A stretch of DNA of 63,930 nt, the filler included, from Fonticula-like sp. SCN 57-25 (lineage: Eukaryota), in assembly GCA_001724245.1 (NCBI GenBank). It is 3 parts of 3 records of this genome, joined end to end, with 100 filler letters (N's around TTAATTAATTAA, not from the genome) between each part and the next. Parts side by side here need not be neighbours in the genome. Positions count along the whole stretch, not along the records: positions 1 to 21,388 come from MEDX01000082.1; positions 21,489 to 46,387 come from MEDX01000083.1; 1 more part is not named here. One strand, 5' to 3'. A model generated the notes under the pieces. The model had not been told where the DNA came from. It worked only from the letters and a program-made list of their open reading frames with translations, and searched no databases. Every line of letters starts with the position of its first letter. The first letter of the stretch is position 1. A program made the position numbers and the translations under genes. Shown here piece by piece: positions 11,463 to 22,618 of this stretch.

Positions 11463-12723
11463 ATGCTCCGCCGTATTGCTTCCGTGGCCCTGGTGGCCGC
11501 GCTGTTCGCCGTTGCGGTGGCCGATCCCAACGGCGAGGACCATCCGCTTCCCTCGGACTGCGTCTGCCGCAAGGACGTCCGCTGCTTTGTCTCCCTTGAC
11601 CGCTGCCTTGAGGTACGCCTGCATGGCGCCGCCCATCCTGACGCGATCGCTCACACCGCCTGCTGCTCTGTAGGGCCTCACTCCCTACGCGTACCCCGAC
11701 CATGAGGCGACGATCTGCGAGACCGCCCCGAGTGAGAACACGCCGTGGTTCTCTTGCTGGGAGACTCCCGAGAAATGCCTGCGTGCGTCCAGTCCCCCCC
11801 CAGTGTAGCCTGTGTGTTAACCTGCTACCCTAGGCGTCTCGAACTGCACTACCCCGCCGCCGCCCAAGAAGTGCAACTGCAAGACCGACATCAAGTGCTA
11901 CAAGAACATTCGCGACTGCCGCTCGCAGCGCGGCGCCATCACCGCCAAGCCCGGCTCGAACGAGTTCTGCCTTGAGAACGACCGCCCCGTGTATGCCTGC
12001 TGGGAGGAGCCCGAGATCTGCTACAGCTCCAGGACGTGCGAGGTCATCCCCCACGGCGGTGGCAACCAGGACCCCCACTTCCGCGGCTTTGACGGCTCGC
12101 AGTACTACTTTGACGGCGTCTCCGGCCAGGACTACAACATCATCTCTGACGCCTCGATGCAGCTGAACGCGCACTTTATCCGCCTCAACAAGCTCAAGGG
12201 CACCTACATGGGCCGCATCGGTCTTCTCTTTGGCGAGCACTCGCTCTCGCTCGACCCGCACTTTGGCGTCTTTTACAATGGCTCCCTCCTCACCGAGGCC
12301 GAGGTCGAGACTCCCGAGGGCTCCTTCCTCGTCGAGAAGGTCGACAACCGCTTCCGCCTCTCCTTTGAGAACAAGTACTACCAGATCGTCGCCCGCGTCG
12401 TCGTCGAGAAGGGCGAGCGCGAGGAGGCCTACATCAACCTCCAGGCTACCCTTATCGACACGCCCGAGGAGATGCCCCACGGTATTCTCGGCCAGACTGC
12501 CCGCGCTGCTGCCGCCGCCAGTGGCGAGCGCAACAGCGATGAGGCCGCCCCGGCCACCTTTGTCGTTGAGGGCGTCGAGAACGACTACTACGTCCGCGAC
12601 GGTCTCCTCGGCACCGACTTTACCTTCAACAAGTTCGATGCCGCCGCCGACAAGATCATCACCGTCACCGGCACCCGCTTCCGCCGCAACGCTGCGCCCC
12701 TCTTTGAGGCGTCCGCCAACTAA
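11463..12723 (+). CDS. Secreted protein: signal peptide, two 8-Cys repeats, VWD/root-cap-like domain with DPHF motif
   Basis: MLRRIASVALVAALFAVAVA signal peptide; two introns (~11613-11673, ~11783-11833); QDPHFRGFDGSQYYFDGVSGQDYNIISD and PHGILGQT; TATA-like CTATAAAA at ~11381; strong C-ending codon bias. Confidence 0.8.
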
Positions 12724-13203
12724 GCACGTGTGCGTCGGCAGACACACTCCAGTGCCGCATGCCGTGTCGACATTGCTTGCATTGGTTAGCTTTCTATCTA
12801 GTTTCGGGTTTGCATTCTCTGCGTGCTCCAACATTGTTGAGTGCATCACGGGGGAGCAAAGGGTCAGTATTTTCCATCTCTTGATTCAGTATCAACAATG
12901 ATTGCAAATGTTCAAATACCTGTTCCCTATTGCCCACAAGCACAAAGATACGCAAAGAACAGAAAATGACGGGTATTTGTGTATTTTTTTACAGCGTCAG
13001 GATAAATGCTTTTCGTCACTCTTCTTCCGACAATAACAGCACACACACACACACGAGCATCAGCAAACAAAAAGAAAAGCAAATGGGGGAAAAGCAGCAA
13101 AGCGGACAGCTAAAAGAGTGCGTGGTCGACAAAGAAACAATGCCTCCCGCTCTACTCAATCTCGCTCTCACATCTCATCTCTTCCCCCCTCGGCCGATCC
13201 CGC

Positions 13204-13969
13204 TTACTGCTTCTTGAGGGTGTTCTCGAGGTTGTTGCTCACGAGGAAGGGGCCGCCGACCGTGAGGGCCACGAGCAAGCCGACGATGGTCCACTCAATC
13301 TGCCACGGCGCTCTGGTTAGCAAGCGCGCTGCATTAAAATCTCTTTCGTACCGTGTGCGAAGCGAACGAGCCCTGGTACTCCTCCTCGGTCAGGATGTTG
13401 AACTGGCCACCAGCCGACGTCTGGGCGATCTGCGCACCCAACCAGTCAGCAAAGCACAAAGAAGACCAAAAGCGCGCGTACGGTGGGCTCGGCGTCCTGC
13501 GTGCGGCGGTACTCAAAGTACGACGGCTTGTCAACGAACAGATCGGCGGAGAGGGGGAGCACGGTGAAGGAGATGGTGGCGTTCTGCTTGCTAATGGGAT
13601 GCCGCCACACGACTAGTCAGCAAACACAAACGCAAAGAGCGGGCGCAGTGCGGCGTACGAGGGGATCTCGGCAATGGAGCCCTCGAAGGAGCCGGAGACG
13701 AGGGTGAAGAACTCGGGCTCCCAGTTCTCGTCCTTGATCGACACATCGTAGGCAGTGCTGATGGCAAGGGCGTGTTAGACGGCGCGGAAAGGCAGAGCAA
13801 AAAAAGAGACGCACTCGTCACCAACGTTGTGGAACTGGAACTCGACCTCGAGGTTACGGTTCTGCACAAAGAAGTCGTTCTTGAAGACCTTGACGGCCAG
13901 CAGATTGGCCTCGGCAGCCACCATCGACATGGCGACGCACACAAGCAGAACTGCCAAAAGCTGCAACAT
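13204..13969 (-). CDS. SSR2: Translocon-associated protein subunit beta (TRAP-beta)
   Basis: Signal peptide; ANLLAVK..FHNVGD|TAYDVSIKD..FTLVSGS; C-terminal TM followed by basic tail; four introns. Confidence 0.85.
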
Positions 13970-14276
13970 GCACACGCAAGTGAAGGCGTCCAGTTAATAT
14001 CACAGAGCGCACCACAGAGCAGCAGCGCGTACCGAGCGGCTCATCTTTGCTATGATCTCCTTTCTCCACAGGCAAGTCAAGCGAAACAACGCAAAAGGGA
14101 AACGCTTTTTTTCCTCTTTATTTGGGGTGACAAAATCTCATCTACCCCGAGTGGACTCGAGGTGTATGCAACCCAATCAACCTGTAAGATCTGTGCGCAC
14201 ATTTGCTGCATCGAACAAAATGGTCTGGAAATGGTCATAAAATCAAAATATACTCACACAAACAGAGCCGCAAAAG

Positions 14277-16288
14277 CTAGTTGCCTCCGTAATTCTAGCA
14301 TCCAAATGTGTAAGCTTTCAAATCATACAAAAGTGGCTATGTACGTACGGGATCGAGGTAAGAATACTGCCCCATGAGGTCCGCATAGTCGTCGTCGTAA
14401 TACGGCGCCTCGGCCGTCTCGATGGCCTCGAGCGTGTGCGACGCATCGTGGTGCGCTGTAATGCAAAATGTTCAGTACACAACTACTTATACATGTGGTA
14501 ATCGCACAATTCGAGAAGCCCTGCTTGTGGCACACTTCGCAGAGGTCGATTTCCGTGTCGGTCGGGCACGTCGCACACTTCCACCGCACGCCGATGATGG
14601 GCTCGGTGCCACACCCGTCGCACTTGTACCCGTCGTGCTGCACATTGTGTACACCCGACGCCCTGTGCCGCTTTTCCCTCTGCCGCGAGTTGCCCTCATC
14701 ATCGCTATCGGCCTCACTCTCGCTCCTATTTCGATGGTATATGAGCACATGCGATGAAAACATATAGAAAACACATAAAAAACACATAAAAAACACGCCA
14801 AAAGCATATAAAAACAAAAATTTGCGCACATATTCTTCGACCTCTCCCTCTTTGGCCCCCCATTTCCGCTCTTCCTCCTGGCTGCGGCCGCCCCGCTATT
14901 GTTCGCGCTGTAAGCCATGTAGTTGTAGTTCATCTTTCCCGGAATCGGCAGCCCAAGCTTGGCGAGCCTAATAAAGTACTTTTGCACGCGACTGGCCACC
15001 TGCCGCGTCGTGCGCGTCCCAAGCGCCTCGGCAATCTTGCGGAACCGCGACACCTGCACTTCCTCGTCGGGGAACACTTCGAGCAGCTCAATGAGACGCT
15101 CCTGCTCCTCGCGCGACCACAGCTGGTTGAACGTGCCCGTCGCGGCAGCCCGCGGGTCGCCAGCCACGCGGCCGCGTACACGTGGCCGCCCATCGGGGTC
15201 GAATGACACCGCCGATTCGGCCGACGGCGAGCCCGAGCGCTGCTCAGCCTTTGCCGCGCGCGGCGGCGCAGACGGCGACGACGCGCGGTAGTGCGGCGCA
15301 GGCTTGTCAGCAGGCTTGGCCGGCGGCTTGTCAAGCTTTTCGGCCGCCGCGCGCGCAGCAAAGGTCGACTTGTCGGCAGCATTGTGCACAGCCAAGTGGG
15401 CGAGCGGGCGCGGCGGGCGGTCGGGCGTCGGGAAGGAGCCGCCGCTGCGGGCCGCGGGCGACGCGGGCGGCGACACGGCAGTCGAGCCAGAGTAGTACGC
15501 GTCGGGGGAGACTTCGCGGCTCGCATTGGTAGAGCCGTCGAACAAGTACGAGGGAAGGCGCGGGGGGGCGCGCGGGCGGTCGGCAGGCGCGCTCTGCGTG
15601 CGGTACAGAGGTGTCAGGCCGCGCGACGATGCGTCAGAGGCGGGCGACGGCGGGAGAGCGGCTGTCGTAAGCATCGAAGTAATCGTCGCGGGGATCGAGG
15701 CCGATGTACTGGGGAAATGGGCATCAGCAGAAGCATGCAGGGAGAATTGGCACGCACGTAAAGGCCGCATGCGTCAAGGACGATGCGCGCGTCAGCGGGC
15801 GGCTGACGTAGCCGCGCAGGTCAATCGGCGGAACAATGGGGATCTGCTGTAGCGACGGAAAACGCGCAGCCCGCTTCAAAAGGAACACACAGTCAGACGC
15901 CATACTGAATACATCTTCCAGAGCGCACCCCTGCAAGCATGTCCTCGACGTACTTGACCGGATCTGCGAGCGCTTCGCGGCGGGACTTTAGCAGCGCCGC
16001 AATGTCGCGGAGTGCCTTGCGCTCCTGCTCAATGAGCACGCGCAGAGCATTCGACACCACAACATAGCTAGAGGAAAGAAAGCAGGGCAGTGTCAGCGAT
16101 GCACCAGTGTTGACGCTCAATGCGCACTTGTCGTCCGATATGAGCATGGCCTTTTCGGCGTCCGTGAGGTCGTCCGCCTCGAGCGACCAGTCTATGTCGT
16201 CGGGGAGCGTCCTGGACGCTTCGTCGTCTGCCCCGTCAGCGGCTGACGGCGCCAGCGACGACGACCCGGCATGCACCTCGGGCGGCAT
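14277..16288 (-). CDS. ZZZ3: ZZZ3-like Myb/SANT plus ZZ zinc-finger protein
   Basis: [75 protein letters not shown]; ends YLDP|NYGGN*. Confidence 0.88.
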
Positions 16289-16363
16289 CGCGGCAAGCAG
16301 CGGGAATCAGAACAAATCAGACAGAATCAAAGCAAATCAGTCCAGGTGCTGACTTGTGTCAAG
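16289..16363. promoter_or_regulatory. 75-bp putative bidirectional promoter (ZZZ3/ORC2) with four AATCAR copies at 10-bp period
   Basis: AATCAG/AATCAA at 16305, 16315, 16325 and 16335. Confidence 0.6.
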
Positions 16364-18739
16364 ATGCCGCCGCGGCCACGGCCGGTCGCCTCCTGGGAGC
16401 AGCTCTCGGCGATCCTCGGTCGAACGGGCGCTGTTCCTCCCGAGCCGTCGTCAAATGACTCGCCGACGCGCACTCTGCCGAGTCGTTCGGCGCGCGTCAT
16501 TCGCCCCGCGCCCTTTTCTATCCTTCCGCCTCTGTCCGCGCCGCCATTTGGCACCGAGTACTCTGATGTCGTTGTGATCCGCTTTGTGAGCGATGCCGAC
16601 ATCCCGGTACACTTTTCGAGCGTCGAGGCGTTCCTTGCGAGCCGCGAGGCTAAGAAGCAGAAGCGGATCGCGTTCAATCAGAGCGCCACGCCTCGCCGCC
16701 GCGCCGCCACACAGTCGCGCACCACGCCGCCACCGCATGTACGCACCTGGCATTTTAGATTCCGCCTTCTAACGGAAAATTTGTTGCACAGGAAGCGGCG
16801 GTCATTGTTGGCAAAAAGCGCGTCCGCACCGCACTGACCTTTGACGCCTCCTCCTCTGCCGCGGCACCTTCTGCGCAAACGTCATCCCCGTCGTCTTCGC
16901 AACTCGTCCCGTCCAAGCCCGTGGCCCCGCCGCCGATTGCGGACGAAGCGGCGCTCATGTCAGTTCGCCGCCAAGCAGAGGAGACACGCCGTGCGCACCG
17001 CCGCAACGTAATCCTGAGCTCGTCCCCCACCAAGCGCCGCCGCAACGCGCCTTCCTCCTCGTCCTCTGACGATGACGATGACGCGGACGGCGACAAGAGC
17101 GACACCGACACCGCCCCGATTGAGGGCCAGGACGCCGCGCCCGCGCCGCGCGCCGCCGGCCGCCGCCTCTTTGTTTTTGAGCGCACGCGCGGCACGCTGC
17201 AGTCGCGCTTCCGCAAGCGCCTCGCCGAGTCGTCGACCAACACGAGCCCGGCGTCCAGCCCAGCGTCCAGCCCGCGCAAGGGCGCAAAGACGCCGCCGAG
17301 CAGCCCGGTCAAGCGCTATCGCCGCGCGCGCCGCGAGGCGCATTCGTCCGGATCAGACGACGATGATGATGACGATGACGAAGACGAGGACGAGCTGCCG
17401 CAAGAGCACGACTATGAGCAGGCGGCCGCGGACGACGAAGATGTCGCGCCTGCCTCTGATGCCGCCGCCGCCGCAGTTTCTGAAGTTTCTGTCGTTGACG
17501 GCGACGAAGCTGCGTCTGGTGGCGTTGCGACGAGCGCGATTGCGCGCGCTTTGGCAGCAGCCGCGTCCGAGTCCGACTACTTCCAGGCCCAGCGGACGCT
17601 TCGAAAGAGCGCAACGTCCAACCACACGCTGTCCAAGCTCCCCACGCTTGACGAAAAGGAGCTCAAGGTTGCCCTGCAGCGCTTTGGCGACCGCTTTGAC
17701 GGCGCGCGCGCTCAGCTCGTCGACCTGTACGGCCAGCAATTCAAGCAGTGGCTATTCGAGCTTCGCTGCGGCTTTTCGCTGCTCATGTACGGCTACGGCT
17801 CAAAAAAGTCTCTTTTGATGCGGTTTGCGAATGAGACGCTTCGCGGCCTACCGCTCGTCGTTGTCAACGGCTACTCGCCAGCGTTGACGCTGCGCTCGGT
17901 GCTCTCAATGATATGCAGCGGCGCGCTCGGGCACACCGGGACGTTCAAGAGCGTGCAGGACCAGGCGGCTTTTATCGACGCCAAGACGCGTGACGCGAGC
18001 AGGCCAAGGCTCGCCATTCTTGTGCACAACATTGACGGCGCGGTACTGCGCTCGTCGGCCGCTCAGTTGCTTCTCTCGCAGCTCGCGGCGTGCCCGGGCA
18101 TCTTTTTTATTGCGTCAATTGACCACTTGAACGCGCCACTGCTGTGGGATGCCACCATGGCAGCGCGCTTTAATTGGCTGTGGCACGACCTGACTACCTT
18201 CGAGCCGTACATTGCAGAGACTGCGTTTGAGGATTCGCTGCTGGGTGATGCGGCAAATATGACAATGCGAAGCTTGACGTACGTCGTCAGGTCGCTGCCG
18301 GCGGCCGCAAGGAGGATCTTTTTGATACTCGCAAGGTCGCAGCTGGAGGCAATGCAGTCGGAAGGTACGTTTGATTTTGTTATATTGAAAATGTTTGTAT
18401 TGGTATCTGTATTGTCTGTATGTACGTATGTGTGTATAAGGATTTGATACTCTGTGCCTATATTGCTCCTTGTCGGACACTTTTGCTGACCAATGTGCAG
18501 ATGCGAGCAGCGATCCTTGGATGAACGGCCTTCCCGTCGACACGCACATCCAGATGTGCACGAGCGAGTTCCTTGTCATCAACGACCAGACGTACCGCGC
18601 GCACCTCACCGAGCTGCGCGACCACAAGATGGTCGTTTTCAAAAAGGCCTCCGACGGCGTCGAGTACGTGTATGTGCCAATGACAACCGACCTCGTCGAG
18701 CAGGCAATCGGCATCACAGAGGCCGAGATTGCGCACTGA
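16364..18739 (+). CDS. ORC2: Origin recognition complex subunit 2
   Basis: QWLFELRCGFSLLMYGYGSKK, VVNGY, HNIDG, IASIDHLNAPLLWD, WHDLTTFEPY..ET, LTELRDHK; two introns. Confidence 0.92.
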
Positions 18740-19085
18740 TAATGCTTATATAATGCTTATTGATGTACAGTTTGACTTTTTGCATTGTACTTTTACGATA
18801 ATCGCAAGAATCCCTTTTTGATATATTCTTGGTAAATTCCATGGTTAAGTGATGCATATAATGTTTTTCGTTCATTTCTACAAACCATTTCACGGCTGAT
18901 ACATGTTCAGAGCTTCAATGTAGTGTATATCGTTTGTACAGGATACTATACTGGCCACAATGCGCGTATTACATCCAAATGGTTGCTCAGCTGTGACATT
19001 TGGTCACTTGATACCCGATTGTTACCCCGGATTTTGAAAAATCACCCCCAACAGTCTTGTTTGGTTCTGCGCAGCATCTCCAAAA

Positions 19086-21388
19086 ATGGGCGACAGCGCA
19101 CCCGCGGCAGGCGGGGACAAGACGTCCAAGACGAAGCTTCTGACGGATCTCGCCGGCGACCTGGCCAAGATTAAGCCTGTACGACTTATTTGTTGATCGT
19201 CCGCTGCCGCTCACCCCGATCGCCATCCCTATAGGTGACTGAGCGCGTCGCGACCGAGCTTGACGGCGTAAAGTCATGGATCAAGGAGACGCTCAAGCCT
19301 TCTCTGTCGACGCTCCGCACCGACATTGTGCGTCTTTTCTTTTCTTTCTCTTTCAATATGCTCATTATATTGCCTGTTGTGCGCTTCTCTGCCGTGTAGC
19401 TTGCCGACATTGAGGGCCTTCGCACCAAGGTTGATCGCTACCAGGAGCTGTTCAAGGACAACTCGGCCGATATGGCGGCGCTCCGCCAGCTCGTCGAGGA
19501 AGCTCGCACGCAGAGCGCACAGGCCGTCAACCGCATGGAGGACTCGATCGGTGCGATCTTTTATTTGTTTCCCCACTTGGCTCATGGCGCGCAGAGGCCA
19601 AGCTGTCGCGCGTTTCGAGCGAGGTGGACGCCAAGATGGAGAGCGAGCGCCAGGCGATCTGGAAGCTCCTCGACGAGCGCAAGGAGAACCCGATGCTGAG
19701 CGAGATGGAGACGCACATGTCGGCGATGGAGGCGCGCCTCGAGCAGGTCATGTTCCGCGAGGTCCGCAGGCAGATCGACTTTGTCGACCAGGACATTCGC
19801 GAGGCAGAGCAGCGCAGCCAGCAGATGATCCTCGACGAGGTCGCAAAGGCCGCAAAGTCGATGCGCCCGGTTGTCGTCGAGTCGTCGGACGGCGCCCCTC
19901 CGAGTGCGCTTTTAGTTTATTCTCTTTTTTTCTGACCCTTTTTTCCAGCCGTCCTGTCCGCCAAGCAGCTCGAACTCCACGATTGGCTCTCTGGCTACGG
20001 CCTCGACGCCCTCATGCCGTCGCTCATCAAGTTTGGCTTTGACAGCATGTACGTCGCTCAGTTCCTCATCGAGGCCGACATCGAGGCGATGAACATTGCC
20101 CTTCCCGGCCACCGCCGCGGCCTTCTTCACGCCGTCAGCGAGCTGCGCGCCTGTACGCCCCTTTTGTCTGGTCAAATTTGTGCATGCTCACACGTTGCCG
20201 AGCAGCGCTCAAGACGCCAAAGGAGACACCTGTTGCTGCTGCTGCGCCTGCGGAAGAGGCCGCGAGCGCCGCCGCCGCGTCGGACGAGGAACCCGCCAAG
20301 GCCAATCAGCGCCCCGCGCCGCCGTCCGGCAAGCCGCGCACCGCCGCCGTGCGCCGCTTTGTGACGCAGCGCCAGGAGCAGGAGGAGGAGGCACTCGCGC
20401 AGGCTCAGGCCGCCAATGACGTCGCTGATGACGTCATCGAGGAAATTGTTGCTGAGGTTGTTGCACCTGCTGTTGCTGCACCTGCTGCTGTGGTTGCTGC
20501 ACCTGCTGTCGCACCTGTTGTTGCTGCTGCACCCGCTGCATCTGCACCTGTTTCTACCCCTGCGCCCGTCCCTGAACCCACGCCTGCTCCTGCCCCTGAA
20601 TCCACCCCTGCGCCTTCAGAGCCCGTTGCCGAGCCGGTGCAAAAGACCGTGTCGTTTGCCAAGCCGCCCAAGGCGACCAAGCCGGCGCCCGCCGCCAAGC
20701 CCGCGCCCGCCGCCAAGCCCGCCACTGCTTCCCTCTTTGACGACGATGATGATGATGATGACGTGGACGACATGCCGACGTCGGCGCCGCCGTCCCGTCC
20801 GCCGGTCGTGTCGGCCAAGCCCGCCCCGGAGTCTGCCCCTGTCAAGGCGGCACCTGCACCTGCACCGGCAAAGGCAGTTTCTGCCCCTGAATCTGCCCCT
20901 GTTCCGGTGGCGGCGCCTGCCAAGGCGGCCTCGCCGGCCAAGCCCGCTGTTGTTGCCGCCCCGGTGTCTGCCCCTGAATCTGCCCCGGTTTCCAAGCCCG
21001 CTCCTGCCGCTTCTACTGCTGCTGCTGCCCCGACCAAGATCAAGAGCGAAGCGTTGTCGCGGACTTCTTCGAATGCCGCCGACGCCGACGCCGACGCCGA
21101 CGTGACGCAGCTTGTTCACCGCATCTTTACGGGCGACGCGTCGATCACGTGGGCGCTGTTCAAGTTCAAGGGCGGCGAGCCGACTCTTTTCGCGCAAGGG
21201 ACGGGCGACACGGACGAGCTCGCTGATCACTTTGATGAAGGTGAGGCGCTGTTTGGGTACCTTCGCACGGCCATTGCGGCCGAGCAGAGACAAAAGTTTG
21301 TCTTTATTCGGTGGGTGGGCGAGAGCATCACGCCCATGCAGCGCGCGCGCGCGGTGCAGGACAAGAACACAATCACTGACAACTACAT
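19086..21388 (+). CDS. Coiled-coil + SAM + Pro/Ala-rich linker + ADF-H (coactosin/drebrin-like) protein, 3' end lost in the gap
   Basis: SAM: LHDWLSGYGLDALMPSLIKFGFDS..IEAMNIALPGHRRGLL; ADF-H: ITWALFKF..GTGDTDEL..FGYLR..KFVFIRWVGESITPMQRA; five introns. Confidence 0.8.
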
Positions 21389-21488
21389 NNNNNNNNNNNN
21401 NNNNNNNNNNNNNNNNNNNNNNNNNNNNNNNNTTAATTAATTAANNNNNNNNNNNNNNNNNNNNNNNNNNNNNNNNNNNNNNNNNNNN
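21389..21488. other. Artificial contig-joining spacer (44 N + TTAATTAATTAA + 44 N)
   Basis: Exactly 100 bp, palindromic core with stops in all six frames, identical to 46388-46487. Confidence 0.97.
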
Positions 21489-21884
21489 AAGACGTCATCC
21501 CTCGCGCACGCAAGGTCGGGGAAGCAGATGAACACGCACAATGCTCAAAAGACCATGAAGTGGTAGCTCTATGACTACTTAACAAAAGACATTAGCAGCA
21601 CAACGCAAGACGAGACCAAACGCACGCGCACGCCAACTTCAAAGTGGGCGCGATCGTGATCGCGCACGTCAGGGGGGCCGCGAAATCGAATCAAAAAAGT
21701 CGGTTTCGAGTCCGTCTGGATTTTGCCATTTTATATGCACACTTCTCCCTTGTGTGTCAAGTAGAATGAGGACGGAATTTGGCCGTTGTCGTTTGCGCGC
21801 CACCAAGCCCGGCTAAAATGATCTCTTGAGCTACTTACTCGCTCCGCGCGTTCATCCCTTGCGGCTGCTTCAAGCTGCTTCACC

Positions 21885-22400
21885 ATGCCGCCTACCAAGT
21901 TTAGCCGCACAGTTGAAGTGCGTTGCGTAGGAATGAGCTACAATCCTCGCTGGAACCGCGCGCAGCTTCGTAGCTTTTTGCTGGGTGTACCAAAGCATCT
22001 GAGGGAACCTGGTGGTATTTGTTTGAGGCCCGAGCCTCATCCGACAGACTCAAACGGTCAGTACGCTCTGTCGATCTTTTCGCTCTGCTAACATTTGCCG
22101 CGGCAGCCATCAAGATTTACGAAGGCACCCCCGGTGCTGTCGGCGAGGAGACCTTCTTGGGTTGGGTTGCTCGCGACTCTGCGAAGATTCTTCAACCTAT
22201 ACTTCTTCGCGATGACGTTATTGTTTCGTGCCGGGTTACATTTGCGGTAGTACGTCGTTTTTCTACGTAGCTTGTTCTTACTATTGACGTCAACGAAGGT
22301 TGGTAAGCCTGGCTATGTCACGGTCGGCGTTCAGATACAAACACCTACGTCATTCGATCTCATGACAAGCGAGGCATCTTCCAAGCTTTTGCGCAAGTAG
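21885..22400 (+). CDS. Small stand-alone HIRAN-domain protein (~138 aa, 3 exons)
   Basis: Exons 21885-22056, 22107-22249, 22299-22400 give CVGMSY..LRPEPHPTDSNAIKIY..FLGWVARDSAKILQPILL, matching the HIRAN pattern VG..Y / L..EP.N..D.NAI.V / LG.V.R..A..L..LL. Confidence 0.7.
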
Positions 22401-22618
22401 TAGCCGTCTTTGTGTTGACTGCTGAGACATTTTTGCGTGTTGGCCGTATCGTTTTTGCCTCTCGCTTTTTCCATCATAGCTTACGCTACTGTGTCGCATG
22501 ATAGAATAAACCGTTTCAATGGTGAATAGCTTAATAATTATTATAATTGAAGTTCACGCTATGTCTTATATTTGGGATTATGGCATATGTACAATATCTT
22601 TAACCTGCAGGCTCATGC

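Noticed and set aside
21433..21444. TTAATTAATTAA palindrome as a piggyBac TSD or biological repeat (also 46432-46443)
   Set aside because: Centred in identical 100-bp N spacers with stops in all frames, so it is an assembly linker. Adjacency across the gaps is unproven; the ADF-H gene does not resume after gap 1.
21698..21716. GGTTTCGAGTCC resembling a tRNA B-box
   Set aside because: No G before TTC in register, and no acceptor stem or cloverleaf could be built
21489..21730. Possible minus-strand gene fragment with a GTGCGC..CTAAT..AAG intron-like segment
   Set aside because: No in-frame start found and it is truncated by the gap, so a gene call cannot be supported
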